A model generated the notes under the pieces. That model was given only the letters and a program-made list of their open reading frames with translations. It was not told where the DNA came from and did not search any database. From a virus (taxonomy: Duplodnaviria > Caudoviricetes), in IMG/VR virus record IMGVR_UViG_3300036546_000248: a stretch of 64,000 nt of DNA, one strand, 5' to 3'. The position numbers and the translations under genes were made by a program. Shown piece after piece: positions 40,511-51,102 of this stretch; position 1 is the stretch's first letter, and each line of letters opens with the position of its first letter.

Positions 40511-41900
40511 CTTTGATGTTTCTGCTATGTGAACCAACTTACACAACTGGACTTGTTGTAAACTGATTTAATCTACCTAAAGCCCATGGGGTGTTATAAA
40601 CGAATGCCCACGGACCTACTTGTCGAATGACATCCTTCTTAAGGGTTGTCGTTACAGCTTTCTTACTCAGACCTTGAGTGGTGTGGAACAGACTGGCGCT
40701 CTTAAACACCGAGACTTCGCCCGTCACCACATTCTTGGCCAACACTTCTTTAGGACCTCTACCCAAAGCTCGATCCAAAGACTCTTGGTCGATTTCGGGC
40801 AAACCTTCTTCCTTATACGCACAGACATAACGTTTGTTAACCAAACGCAAGACATCGCCTCTGGACATACATTGGAAGATGTGGCTGGGAAGTGCATCGA
40901 TAGCACGCCCTAAAAGACCCATCGAAGGGTATTCCTGAACTTCGTTGGTCTGGATATCTAAACACAACACTGGTCGTGAAGGCTGTTGACCCAGACTATC
41001 CCTTTCACGGATACGAGCTTTGTGAAGCTGTTCGGGGATTCTATCCTTTGTTCCATGGTGGGTGAGTACCCACCCATCGATAGGGATTCCTTCCTTAATG
41101 TGCTTCCAAATCACCTCAGGTTGATACCCGAAGTGCTCTCCCGCATGGAACAGGTCTCGGAGGAACATACACACACCGTCCTTATCAGCCAAAATCCGCG
41201 GACGTGATTCTGACTTAAAGAGTGCAGCGTGTATATTGTTAACCTTAACCGTTGCCCATTCGAGGTTTTCTACGTCGTTATTGGTACAGTCTCCATCGAT
41301 GTGGTTCACTGTTAACTGACTAACGTCCCTATCCCACGGTAAGTGTGCCAAGGCCACCATCCGATGAACGCCGAACGTTGGCATACTGCCATCCAACATT
41401 CTAACGTTAACCGTGATGTAGCCGTCAAGGTTGACGTAGTAATTCTTCTCAACGCCTTCGGAGTCAAAGATCCTACCGCACCGAGAAGCCATATACCCGT
41501 CAGTGCCCGGTATGATCTTCAAATCCATAACGTATCCTTTTCTTTATTTACACATAGCAGAAACGCACGAGTCGTTAATTCGTGGTTACCTGTGGTCCAG
41601 ACAGATAACTTCCTCACTTTCATGAGGCGGTAGACTATATCTTCTTCCAGTTTCCCAGAAGCTCCCTGTTTCGAATGTCACTTGACACCCTACTCTACTC
41701 GGTTCGTCTCTCGACGCCTTTCGATAGTCGTTGAACCTTGTCCGTAACTTGTCTCCCGACAATTTGTAGGACCTTGGCTGCTGATTGTCCAATCTCGATT
41801 CTTTTCAAACCATGACGTTTATCGTTTCCGATTCCGCTTTGGTGAACCAAGCTCTAAGGAGTTTCCAGCAATTTAAGGAGTTTAATGACGGCAATACTCT
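40511..41900 (-). mobile_element. Group I intron (IA2-like, 1390 nt) carrying an HNH endonuclease
   Basis: P1 UGACGGU/GCCGUCA with a U-G pair; P10 AGAGUAUU/GAUGCUCU; AAUUGCUGGAAA; AAUCAGCAGCC; P7 GACUA/UAGUC; terminal G; 14-bp inverted repeat (41551-41564/40518-40531) loops out the ORF. Confidence 0.95.
40539..41528 (-). CDS. Intron-encoded HNH homing endonuclease (NUMOD4-HNH)
   Basis: VHRMVALAHL...VNHIDGDCTNNDVENLEW; NUMOD4-like N-terminus. Confidence 0.92.
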   Translation of the reverse strand: MDLKIIPGTDGYMASRCGRIFDSEGVEKNYYVNLDGYITVNVRMLDGSMPTFGVHRMVALAHLPWDRDVSQLTVNHIDGDCTNNDVENLEWATVKVNNIHAALFKSESRPRILADKDGVCMFLRDLFHAGEHFGYQPEVIWKHIKEGIPIDGWVLTHHGTKDRIPEQLHKARIRERDSLGQQPSRPVLCLDIQTNEVQEYPSMGLLGRAIDALPSHIFQCMSRGDVLRLVNKRYVCAYKEEGLPEIDQESLDRALGRGPKEVLAKNVVTGEVSVFKSASLFHTTQGLSKKAVTTTLKKDVIRQVGPWAFVYNTPWALGRLNQFTTSPVV

Positions 41901-43157
41901 ACCGTCAAAATCAGCATTCATACCCCCTAGTACTAGGACTGATAAGCTCACTGTATTGACGTTGATGTCTTCACTCTTGATGCGGGTGACGTACAGGCGT
42001 TGCGCCGACAAACGGGTCAACGTAGGGTTACGTTGGAAGATTACCGGGATGCCCTTACGAGGCGATTCGGCGATCATTTCCTTGAAGATCTCATCGATCA
42101 GAGGATGGTACCGCAAGGTGTGTTCGAACAACAGCTTGTTGATTTGCTTGGGCGAATACCCACGATGGAGCAGTTTGGCCGTCAGGTGAGTTTTGAACAC
42201 CATGATGGACAGGGACCACGGGAGTTCCAGTTCCTCATGATGGTGTTGGTCTGAACGCGAGGTGATTACAGCCCGGAAGCTGAAATGGTCACGAGAACCA
42301 AACACGTGTTTACGCCACCAACCTGTTTTACTACCCAACTGCGCACCGATGAACGGGGCATAGTACTCAGATAGCATCACGATGGCCGTGACGGTACGTT
42401 TCTCGATTTCCTCTTGGCTCAGTTTGGTTTGACTGTGCACAATGCCGCTGATGGTGTAAATCGCATCAATGGCAGGGCGCATGGTCAGGTCACCGTACAG
42501 GCCTGTAGCTGCCTTCTCGATGATGAACGCCGCTTTCGACGGGATGGGCACCTTATGGCTGAAGATCAGATCGCGGTACAAAGCAATGAAAGTGCGTAGG
42601 TATTCCACCTTACGCTTCTTCTTATTGTCGTACAGCGGCCCTTCCTCCGAGCACATCAGTTGCATGATACTGTCGAAGTTGTGGTAGAAAGAATTCAACC
42701 CCCGCTTATACCCTTGTGCCGAAAGGCTTTGGGTGAAGAACTCCATCTTCTTATTCGGTGGGCGATATCCCGGATTGATCAACCAGTCCAGTAGACTGAC
42801 GCTCTTGATCGTCATCTCGGACTTCAAGATCACGTAGACCCAGGGGTTGATCAGACGTTCTACCCCTTGAGGGGCAGCAATCCACAACAACGCCTCCAGC
42901 GGCCGTTCCGTAGAAGGCAGGCAGAAGTGGTTACAGATTGGACAACGTACGCCAACGTTGTACTGATACTTCAGGTAGCCGCAATCGCATGAAGGTACGA
43001 TATCAAGCGACTCACCAGTGTACTTGGTGATTGCGAGGTTGTGGAGAGCGTCTCGGTCCTCTTTGCTGTCGATTTGATAATCGTTAATGATGAGCGGTAC
43101 GCTGGTCAGTGAATCAAATAGCTGATCGTGGTTCACGATCTCTGCACAGACACCCAT
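41901..43157 (-). CDS. nvRNAP beta-prime N-terminal subunit (phiKZ gp55-like), exon 1
   Basis: Zinc finger CDC...CPIC, FSFRAVI, RNPTL and NADFDG; spliced product is 476 aa. Confidence 0.92.
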
Positions 43158-43177
43158 CTGTCGAGACTCCCATAGCT

Positions 43178-43217
43178 GACATAAAAAATAAAAAGGGGAG
43201 GCAATGCCTCCCCTTTT
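43178..43217 (-). terminator. Terminator after chimallin
   Basis: AAAAGGGGAGGC/GCCTCCCCTTTT stem, T-tract and TTTTATGTC. Confidence 0.85.
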
Positions 43218-43232
43218 CGCTAGGCCGCTAAA

Positions 43233-45230
43233 TTAGCGACCCCAAACACCGCTGAACGCCTGGTTCCCGAAACGGGTACCGTAGTTCGGCTGGATCGCGC
43301 CCGAGGACATCCAGTTACCCAGGTTCGGGTTGACCAGCTGGCCTTGGAAGGTGTAGCCACCGCGAGTTGCACCCTGATTGAACGAATCAACCATGTTGCC
43401 CGGACGTACGGACAGACCGGCTTCTTCGATCGAATCGCTCAGAGCCTTGATGAACTGCTCGGAGAAGGTCACGCGACGCGCGAAGCCCTTGACCACGACG
43501 CTGCCGGAGAGCAGGCGATCGATGATGGTCTTGCGCTCGTGCAGACGCACAGCCAGCGGGATGTTGCGATCGAGGTGAGTACGCTCCCACTTCTCCACCA
43601 GAGTCGGATCGTCCTTGCCAGCCAGGTTCAGGATGGCGAGGTAGTCCAGCTCACGCAGATCACGCAGGTGACCGTCGCTGTTGGTGTAGTAGCCCAGGTG
43701 GATGCGGTCAGCATCGTCGAAGCACACCGGCGCATCGAACGGGAAGTGCTTCTCGAAGCGACCCAGGGTCAGGCGGTTGGCCGCCATCAGGATGCTCTTA
43801 CGCGCGTCTTCGTTCTTGTTCGCCGCAGCGATGAAGGTCTGCTGCAGCCAGCTCAGTTCACCAGCTTCTTCGATGTCCAGCGTGTACAGTAGCTGCTGGT
43901 TGAAGAACATGCTCATCATCTGAGCAAACTGCTGGTCACCGAAGTTGGTGGCCGAAGTGTCGATCTTGTTGCCCGGTTGACCAGGGTTGGCCGGGTCCTT
44001 GATCTCGTAGCCGATGGCGCCGATATCGCGGAGGTTGATGCCCTTGCGAGCGTTGGCACCTTCCGAGTACGCCTTGAGCGGACGACGGAAAGCGTTCCAC
44101 CAGTTGCCACCACGACCCAGCTGTACTGCAGTCGACAGCGCCAGGAGTTGGAGTTCCATGGACACGACATCGGTCAGTGATTCGACGGAGGTCAGTACGA
44201 GGCGAGGCTGGTACATCACACCCGGCATCATCTGCTGCGGCTGCATCATCGGGAACATGCCGAATTGCTGCTGAGCAGGTTGTTGCGGGTTGTACATCAG
44301 ATCGACGTAGCCGGTCACACGGGTCAGTTCACGCGGAGGACGCATGTCCAGACCTTGGGTGTCGGCGTTGTTGCTGGCGCTGACGGTCAGCTCGATGTCT
44401 TCGCGAACCGGCAGGCCCACGATGTTGGTACCATGAACCGAACCGTACTCGGAGCGAGCGGTCAGGATGTCCTTCTCGCCGAACTCGGCCAGGGTGAAGG
44501 GCGGAGCCTCGGCACCCAGCTTCAGATCCAGCACAGCCCAGACGGCCTGAACGCTGTTGTGCAGCCAGTCTTGGAAACGCTCGACCGGAATTTCCTTGTC
44601 GATCTCGGTCGGGATCACGGTGCAACCGGCATCATGCACTTGGGCATTCACGCCGAAGGTGTCGATCACGAACTTCTTCACGGTGTCCCAGTGGGACTTG
44701 TGGTTGTAGATGTCGCTCGGTGCGAAGATCGTTTCGATGGTGTGGCCATCGATGGTGGTGATGTTCGGCTGCAGCGGACGGCCAGAACCTTCGATCATCA
44801 GGTCGTAGACGCCGATGTGGGTTTGACCCTGATGAACTTCCTTCATGCACACGAGGATGCTGGAGTAGTTCACTTGCAGCTGGTTGCTGTCCAGCACCAG
44901 GAAGCGGAAGGCTTCGAGGGTCTTGGTGTCCATGACACGCTTGGCGCGTTCCAGGAGACCGTCGTGGATCTTCTGAACGGTTTCACCGCTCATGTTACGG
45001 CTGACGAGGCCGCGGTGCTGGCTGTTCACGTTCATGATCGAACGGCCGGCCTGGCCCACACGGGCGGAGGTATTGGTGTTCATGGTGGTCCCTCCCGATT
45101 CCGGGATCTGCTGCTGTTGGGGTTGGGGAGCAGGTTGAGCCTGCTGGGTTTCGTTAGCGCCCAGGCCAGCTTGACGCATGGCATCGGCCAGGCTGCCGTT
45201 GGATTTCCCGCTATCGCGATTGACACTCAT
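43233..45230 (-). CDS. chmA: Chimallin, phage nuclear shell protein
   Basis: 665 aa from MSVNRD (GAAGGA RBS); Q-rich N-terminus; RDIGAIG...IDTSATNFGDQQF, RDLRELDYLAILN and FIKALSDSIEEAGL resemble 201phi2-1 gp105 as recalled; directly upstream of the gp55-like gene. Confidence 0.88.
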   Translation of the reverse strand: MSVNRDSGKSNGSLADAMRQAGLGANETQQAQPAPQPQQQQIPESGGTTMNTNTSARVGQAGRSIMNVNSQHRGLVSRNMSGETVQKIHDGLLERAKRVMDTKTLEAFRFLVLDSNQLQVNYSSILVCMKEVHQGQTHIGVYDLMIEGSGRPLQPNITTIDGHTIETIFAPSDIYNHKSHWDTVKKFVIDTFGVNAQVHDAGCTVIPTEIDKEIPVERFQDWLHNSVQAVWAVLDLKLGAEAPPFTLAEFGEKDILTARSEYGSVHGTNIVGLPVREDIELTVSASNNADTQGLDMRPPRELTRVTGYVDLMYNPQQPAQQQFGMFPMMQPQQMMPGVMYQPRLVLTSVESLTDVVSMELQLLALSTAVQLGRGGNWWNAFRRPLKAYSEGANARKGINLRDIGAIGYEIKDPANPGQPGNKIDTSATNFGDQQFAQMMSMFFNQQLLYTLDIEEAGELSWLQQTFIAAANKNEDARKSILMAANRLTLGRFEKHFPFDAPVCFDDADRIHLGYYTNSDGHLRDLRELDYLAILNLAGKDDPTLVEKWERTHLDRNIPLAVRLHERKTIIDRLLSGSVVVKGFARRVTFSEQFIKALSDSIEEAGLSVRPGNMVDSFNQGATRGGYTFQGQLVNPNLGNWMSSGAIQPNYGTRFGNQAFSGVWGR

Positions 45231-45292
45231 CAGTTTATTTCCTTCAGGTTTGTTTGCGCAAACAACCCACACATCGGTGAGTATTCCAATGG

Positions 45293-45300
45293 GTAATATA
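45293..45300 (-). promoter_or_regulatory. Early promoter of chmA
   Basis: TATATTAC about 63 nt upstream of the ATG. Confidence 0.65.
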
Positions 45301-45439
45301 TACCCGATTTCTTTTCGAATACGATTCAGGTGACCGATAGCGATCATGCATCCTAAATCCCTTGGCGGAAAACCCACCAAGTTGTATTCGTCTATACCAT
45401 AGGTGAGAATGTAATTAAATATCTAATCCACATTCTTCC

Positions 45440-45745
45440 TCAAAGCTCAACACGACGATTCTCAGCCGTAACCCAATGACAGTAGCCCTCTTTGCGGGCT
45501 GCTTTCTTAGCTTCACATTCGGCACCCAGTTCAGAGATCTCTTTACTGTAGTACTCGAAGTCAAACGGGTTACCATAGGGAACGCCTCCACTATCTAGGT
45601 GGCGAACCTTGAGTCGTACATACTGCCGCTCTTTCACATACCCTTTGCTATGGGTGTTTTTATTTACCAGGCCGGTAGGGTTACCAAAGCGCTTAACAGC
45701 AAGGGACAGAGCACGTTCCAGATCCTGCATCGCTTGAGATGTCAT
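45440..45745 (-). CDS. Hypothetical protein
   Basis: 101 aa; AAGGAAG RBS. Confidence 0.6.
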   Translation of the reverse strand: MTSQAMQDLERALSLAVKRFGNPTGLVNKNTHSKGYVKERQYVRLKVRHLDSGGVPYGNPFDFEYYSKEISELGAECEAKKAARKEGYCHWVTAENRRVEL

Positions 45746-45837
45746 GATTCTTCCTTATAGAGAAGTGTTAGCGGTACCAATTCACGTGGATAGTATGTAG
45801 GCCAAATTCTTTTAAATCGCATTTTTCTGGGGGCTTT

Positions 45838-46929
45838 ATGTATTCCCTATTCAGCAAGGGGGAGTGGGGTAACCGGGGTGGTGCTCCTACCTACCTCAAC
45901 TATCGCTACTCCTTAAAGGGTTTGCGGAGCAACCTGGAGCGCGTGGTTCACTATAACCGAATCTACCCACGGGCTGTCAAACCTAATCATTTCCTCGTAC
46001 GTCTCATTCACTCCTTAAATGTACCCATGACCATGGACCCCCAACGCATGGTGGACGTGGTCTCTGAACGGACAGAAGGTGTGGGGATGGCGATGAACAT
46101 CACCTCACCATTGAACAAAGGGCGGATCTTCCACCCAGGGGTTCTTTACGGCGAAGGGTCTCAGGAAATCCTGATTGCCGACTCTGCGTACTTTGATGTC
46201 AGGGAACACCAAGATTCGTGGGAAGAACTGCGGCCCCTTGAGTTCCTGTACCACCCCAAAACAGATTTGGGTATGGATCTGCCTTGGGGTCTTCAGAACA
46301 ACGAAGAGTCAGGGCTATCGGTGATTCGCATCAACGTACCCATGTTGGCGTTTCAATACCAGCAATGGCGTCAACGGGAATGGTCGTTCAATCCTGAGAA
46401 TCAACGCACCGTGATGCAGTTCATTGCCTCCTACCCACTGAACAATCTACTGTACTCCCAAGTGGATTGGGCGATCCTGAACCGCATCATACACACCTAT
46501 CGGGGTTTGCCTTGCGCAGACAGTCAGGTGCGTAAACCATTTCAGTTAACCGATTACACCGATCGACTACAGGTAGCCATCGATCAGATGGTCCATGACT
46601 ATCGGACTCGTGCCTTTACCATGGAGCAGTTGTTGGACAGTATCCAGCTGCTGGGCGCCCCGACTGCGTTGGAACGCGTGGCGCTACCTAAACTGTTGGC
46701 TACCCGGCAAGTGAAATGGGCGCTGATGATGGCTCGAGAACCCTTGGTGCGTTTTCTGGTGGATTGGAACAATGAAACCGGCAACAAGAAAAATCGAGCA
46801 CAACTGATCAAGGTTCGACAAGAACTGATCAGGTTTCACAACGACAATGTCCTTCGAGGTTCTGTACCTAAAAAGGCAGTGCCCTATTGGGAACAACGTT
46901 TCAAAGAACTGATCGACTTGACGTCATAG
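45838..46929 (+). CDS. Conserved chimallivirus core protein (phiKZ gp52-like)
   Basis: 363 aa; lies between chmA and the polymerase gene as in phiKZ. Confidence 0.6.
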   Translation: MYSLFSKGEWGNRGGAPTYLNYRYSLKGLRSNLERVVHYNRIYPRAVKPNHFLVRLIHSLNVPMTMDPQRMVDVVSERTEGVGMAMNITSPLNKGRIFHPGVLYGEGSQEILIADSAYFDVREHQDSWEELRPLEFLYHPKTDLGMDLPWGLQNNEESGLSVIRINVPMLAFQYQQWRQREWSFNPENQRTVMQFIASYPLNNLLYSQVDWAILNRIIHTYRGLPCADSQVRKPFQLTDYTDRLQVAIDQMVHDYRTRAFTMEQLLDSIQLLGAPTALERVALPKLLATRQVKWALMMAREPLVRFLVDWNNETGNKKNRAQLIKVRQELIRFHNDNVLRGSVPKKAVPYWEQRFKELIDLTS

Positions 46930-46932
46930 GTG

Positions 46933-46969
46933 GCTAGGGAGGGGCGACCCTCCCTAGCTTTTATGTCGC
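46933..46969. terminator. Bidirectional terminator with TTTTATGTCGC box
   Basis: GCTAGGGAGGG-GCGA-CCCTCCCTAGC. Confidence 0.85.
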
Positions 46970-49132
46970 CGTTTCCCACTCTTGAACGAAATCACTCACC
47001 AGCTTGGTGTTGTTTCCATTCACCAAGAAGATCCCAAGGGCTTCAAGGATGAGGTAGAACGGCCGAACGGTTGAGTAGACAAGTTTACGGATGTTCATTG
47101 CTTGCACCACTTCTTTAGGCAATCCTCGACGCTCCACATTGTCCTTGGGGAGGAGTAGTGTAGTCATTCCAGGTTTGTTGGCGAAGTGCTTGGCAATTTT
47201 AGCAGCAACCTCCGGGTTTTCAATAGAAGCGATCCATTCCTGAATGGCTGTCTTGTTGGAAAGATCTAGCGATACCTTAATGGCTGGGTAGGGTAGCTCA
47301 GGAGCGTCCCCATAGTGCGGGGCAAAGATATCCTGCCAATACACGTAATGTTGATACGGGGACTGGCTCGGGTTGGTGTAGGAGTTGGCCGTCTTAACCG
47401 ATGAACGGGCCAAGTATTCAGACTTACCTTTAACCACAGAGTCGATAATACCGAGTTCGATATTGGCAATTTTGCGGTAAAGGTCAATCATCGAGATTTG
47501 TTGGTCTGCGATGACCGTGTCCATGATCTCCTTGATGGTCTCCGTCACCACCGCCATAATCTGTGGCGGACAGTTCGAGTCCTTCAGGTAAACCCCTTTG
47601 ATCTCCTCCTCGAGGTGTTTGAAGACGTTGCCTTCTCGTGCTGCCTTGTAGGCGAAGTAGTGTTTAGCCATAGAAGTCAGACCGAACACCGAGAATGCAA
47701 ACTCATTCTTCATGGCCAGAACGTTCAGCTTTTCGGGAATAACACCCAAGATGGTCGACAGTTTAGCCAAGACATGGATAATTGACTGAGATGCCAAGTA
47801 CACCATGGTGTAGTTGATGCTAAAGGCTTCTTCGCTGAAGTCCACCTTGCCCAAGTACCACTCCACCCAGTTCTCTACCGCAAAGATCGTGGAGTCCGTA
47901 TCAGAGGTGATTGCCACATGACGCATGGAGTTACGAATCCGTGCGACGGATGCAGGGACGTTGTCCGTTACCCAAAACGCCTCGATCAACAACGCGTATT
48001 GCTCAAGGGTTTCGATAACCTTCTTCGCAAATTCACCCATGACGCAGATGCCATGAATGTCGTTAGCATTCCCTTGTTCAGCCGACTCCTGTAGTTTCTT
48101 CAGGGTGCGTCCGTCCAACTCTTTGGCACAGATCAAACTGACGTAGGCTTTAAGGTCATTGTCCATCCCCTTCACATAAACCTTGGCATCTGTGTATGAC
48201 AGGGTGGTGCCGGTAGGTTTGCTGGACATGATTTGGAGGAAGGTGTGTACGAAGGTTGGGTTGTACTTTGCCAGATGCCACATGTCGCCTACGTAAACAA
48301 AGGCTGCACGTTCTAAGGGTTGGAGACCCTCTACCAACTTACGGACTTCCAACTCCTGCTTATTGTTACGCCAGTAATGGCGGGTACTGTAGAGGATGAC
48401 ATCCATAACCTGATCGACACTGGGGATTGTCAACCCGTAGGTCTCTACTGCTTTGCCCACCAGGTTGTAGTCGACATGACCGATGATGGAGGTGATGTTA
48501 GCCAAGACCACATCAGGGGCCCAGTAGTGACGATTACCCGCCAAGAACTTCTCGTTGTTGGCATTACCGTAACTTGTAGCTACACGGCAGGTAGACGTCA
48601 AGCTGGAGTGGGCCGACTTATTGTAGAATATTGTTGAAGCCGAAGCTTGACCACCAGAGATCGAGTTGTTGGCGATCTTGTACGTGGACTGTTCGTTCTC
48701 CTTAATGTCCGCCACCACCATATTACCCGCCATTTTAGCATCGAAGGCCTCGTCTTTAACCTTAGCGCGACCCTCAATGTTACCGGTAACGTAGATAGAG
48801 AGGAGCGACTCTCGGCGATTGGGGTTCTCGTATACGGTCATGGCAGGCGAGAACAACAACCTACGGTCTTTGATGTTGTTAAGGTATTCGGTGTACGTTA
48901 GGACCTTTTGTTCACGGTCACCGTTTTTATTACGGGCCAGGTGCAGAACTTCTGGATCTTTGATCTCCAAACGACCGCCACGTGCCGTCACTTGGTTAAC
49001 CCAGGCCTGACAAACCTCAAGAGGTTTACCGGTGCGCTTGGACAGATAAAGAGCCATGTCACTGCGATAGTTTCCCAGCACATCCAAGTCACGGTTGTAA
49101 TGGCTGGCGGGCTTAATGAATGCATTGTTCAT
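46961..49132 (-). CDS. Split family-B DNA polymerase, C-terminal gene (phiKZ gp50-like)
   Basis: Motif B KIANNSISG and motif C SDTDST. Confidence 0.88.
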   Translation of the reverse strand: MNNAFIKPASHYNRDLDVLGNYRSDMALYLSKRTGKPLEVCQAWVNQVTARGGRLEIKDPEVLHLARNKNGDREQKVLTYTEYLNNIKDRRLLFSPAMTVYENPNRRESLLSIYVTGNIEGRAKVKDEAFDAKMAGNMVVADIKENEQSTYKIANNSISGGQASASTIFYNKSAHSSLTSTCRVATSYGNANNEKFLAGNRHYWAPDVVLANITSIIGHVDYNLVGKAVETYGLTIPSVDQVMDVILYSTRHYWRNNKQELEVRKLVEGLQPLERAAFVYVGDMWHLAKYNPTFVHTFLQIMSSKPTGTTLSYTDAKVYVKGMDNDLKAYVSLICAKELDGRTLKKLQESAEQGNANDIHGICVMGEFAKKVIETLEQYALLIEAFWVTDNVPASVARIRNSMRHVAITSDTDSTIFAVENWVEWYLGKVDFSEEAFSINYTMVYLASQSIIHVLAKLSTILGVIPEKLNVLAMKNEFAFSVFGLTSMAKHYFAYKAAREGNVFKHLEEEIKGVYLKDSNCPPQIMAVVTETIKEIMDTVIADQQISMIDLYRKIANIELGIIDSVVKGKSEYLARSSVKTANSYTNPSQSPYQHYVYWQDIFAPHYGDAPELPYPAIKVSLDLSNKTAIQEWIASIENPEVAAKIAKHFANKPGMTTLLLPKDNVERRGLPKEVVQAMNIRKLVYSTVRPFYLILEALGIFLVNGNNTKLVSDFVQEWETAT

Positions 49133-49226
49133 GACAGATACCTGTTTGAGACCACTCTTATCAGATAGGTCAAACTAAGATTTATTTACAGCGGGCATAC
49201 ACCCGCCCGAAGGCGGGTACACACCT

Positions 49227-49796
49227 TTAGCGTTTAATCGCCCAAGTTTCAAACAACTCGCCCACCTTTTTGTACTCTTCCGGAGTACGTTGAGAGGACT
49301 GACTCATGATGGTCTCGACGGTTGGAATCGGCAAGGGTGGAATTTCCATGTCCTTGTCTTTGAGCAACACCTCAAGATCAATTTTCACCCAGTCGTAGGG
49401 TTCGCCGTCAATGTTTTCAAAGACGTCCACCTCATACTGGTAGTCAGAACCTTCAATGGGGTAGCAGTAACGCTTCTTGCGCAGCGAATGGGGTGCCATC
49501 AACAGCATGAGTTCGAACATGTCTTGAGTGACAGGCTTCTCAGCTTCTTTCTTACCCAACTCGCCGGGGGTCTTGAACTTCAGACACAGTTCGTAGTCGC
49601 GGTCATTGACTGCCCGTACCCGAATTTGACCAAAGCCTTTCTCGCCCTTGTCCACATGGATCTCAGCCTGCTCCTGCTGCTCCTTGAGGAGTTCAGGATT
49701 GATCCAGTCAAAGTTCTCTACACGAGCAAAGAACGTGTACTCGATTTCTTGCTTGGCTTTACCTTCGCTTTCTGCGAGTTCCTCCAAGCTGATCAT
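49227..49796 (-). CDS. CYTH-domain (triphosphate tunnel metalloenzyme) protein
   Basis: EIEYTF, RVR, ELCLK, KKRY and YEVDVF; start uncertain. Confidence 0.75.
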   Translation of the reverse strand: MISLEELAESEGKAKQEIEYTFFARVENFDWINPELLKEQQEQAEIHVDKGEKGFGQIRVRAVNDRDYELCLKFKTPGELGKKEAEKPVTQDMFELMLLMAPHSLRKKRYCYPIEGSDYQYEVDVFENIDGEPYDWVKIDLEVLLKDKDMEIPPLPIPTVETIMSQSSQRTPEEYKKVGELFETWAIKR

Positions 49797-49901
49797 TAGT
49801 CGCCGTAGTCGCACAGGATCACCTTTTGAAAAAACGGAAAAAATAAAAGGCGGTGCACCCAAGCCGAAGCTTGAGCGCGACCACCCATCAGTCGAACGTC
49901 A

Positions 49902-50321
49902 TTAGATAGCGGACGACTGTTTCACGATTTCTACTTGGTTAAATCCGTTAGCAGCCAAAGCCTCGAGGATCTTTTCAGCCTCGCCTGGATTGACATTGCC
50001 TACACGAACCATGACGTTGGTGTAGTCCAGCACTTGTACAGACGAGGCCTTGATCCAAGGCAAACCCAGAATGGATTGTTGTCCGTTACTGTGTTTGACT
50101 CGGACGTAGAGGTACTCATCGTACGCATCTACCGAGCCTGGTGGCAGTGTGGGATAGACGTTGGCATGCATGGCCGGTGCATCCAGACCCAACATACGTG
50201 CGGTGTCGGCATCAACGATACCCATCACCTTAACGTTTTTGAAGTTGTTACCCAGGATCAGACTGGGGTAGACTTCAAAAGAGACTTGCTTTGAGAGTGG
50301 GAATTGGTCTTGCGTGGCCAT
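49902..50321 (-). CDS. Conserved chimallivirus hypothetical protein
   Basis: 139 aa; GLPWI motif. Confidence 0.65.
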   Translation of the reverse strand: MATQDQFPLSKQVSFEVYPSLILGNNFKNVKVMGIVDADTARMLGLDAPAMHANVYPTLPPGSVDAYDEYLYVRVKHSNGQQSILGLPWIKASSVQVLDYTNVMVRVGNVNPGEAEKILEALAANGFNQVEIVKQSSAI

Positions 50322-50679
50322 TGTGTTTGGACTCCAGTTCGAGAAGGATCAAACCCTCATCGTTAAGAAAAGTGATGTCGCGAATCTTACCTTGCTTAAG
50401 CAAGGGTTTAAGTAGCGGATCTTCGGCCAACTGTTGGACATGGTGAATTACTTTATCCAACAGTTGACTATCGAATTGTTCGATCTCCCCCGACAGGCTC
50501 GGTTCGTCGTAGGGATCAATGGCTTCGTAGATCGATTGGACGATGTAGGCCAACAGATGCTTAACCGCCTGACTCAACCCTGGGATGTCATTAAGCGCAT
50601 CTTGGTTCAGGTGTCGACTCACTAGCTGAAGGGCTTCTTCAATATCCTCAGAGGTGGTTGAGACGTTTATGAGCTTCAT
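50275..50679 (-). CDS. Hypothetical protein
   Basis: 134 aa. Confidence 0.55.
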   Translation of the reverse strand: MKLINVSTTSEDIEEALQLVSRHLNQDALNDIPGLSQAVKHLLAYIVQSIYEAIDPYDEPSLSGEIEQFDSQLLDKVIHHVQQLAEDPLLKPLLKQGKIRDITFLNDEGLILLELESKHNGHARPIPTLKASLF

Positions 50680-51064
50680 AATGCAGATTAACCTCGAGTT
50701 TAGAAGTAATCAGCAATTTAGGTTTTAACACCAACAGTTCCCCGACGAAACGATCGAGTTGGAAAAGGCTCTCGCCTTGGGGTGTGTAGACCTGCATGGC
50801 CGACAGACGATGTTGTAAGGTATTGGCAAGAACGGAGATAGCCGTTGAAAGGATCATCCCGTCGTTATTGGGGTGTTGGGTAGAATGTCCATACACCTGA
50901 TAGGAGAACACGTAACCATTTACCGCCATAGGATCATAGCGGCGTAACATGATGTCGGTCAAACTGACTACGATCTCAGCAATGTCGTAGTCCATGTTAG
51001 TCATGGCTCGTGTGGCGCCTGTGAAATCCGATACTGCATCGCGCAAGTCAATGACTAAATTCAT
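50648..51064 (-). CDS. Hypothetical protein
   Basis: About 138 aa from MNLVID, after terminator 51085-51106. Confidence 0.55.
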   Translation of the reverse strand: MNLVIDLRDAVSDFTGATRAMTNMDYDIAEIVVSLTDIMLRRYDPMAVNGYVFSYQVYGHSTQHPNNDGMILSTAISVLANTLQHRLSAMQVYTPQGESLFQLDRFVGELLVLKPKLLITSKLEVNLHYEAHKRLNHL

Positions 51065-51102
51065 TCTATAAAATCTCCGGCATACTAGAGGGCCTAAGCC
51101 CT

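Noticed and set aside
41805-41900. C-terminal RVLPSLNSLNCWKLL… tail of the RNAP subunit
   Set aside because: It is read-through into the intron 5' end
301-45296. Many long opposite-strand ORFs (e.g. 301-1155, 7481-8497, 28463-29743, 30166-31563, 44265-45296)
   Set aside because: They are antisense shadows of well-supported genes and lack RBS and recognisable motifs
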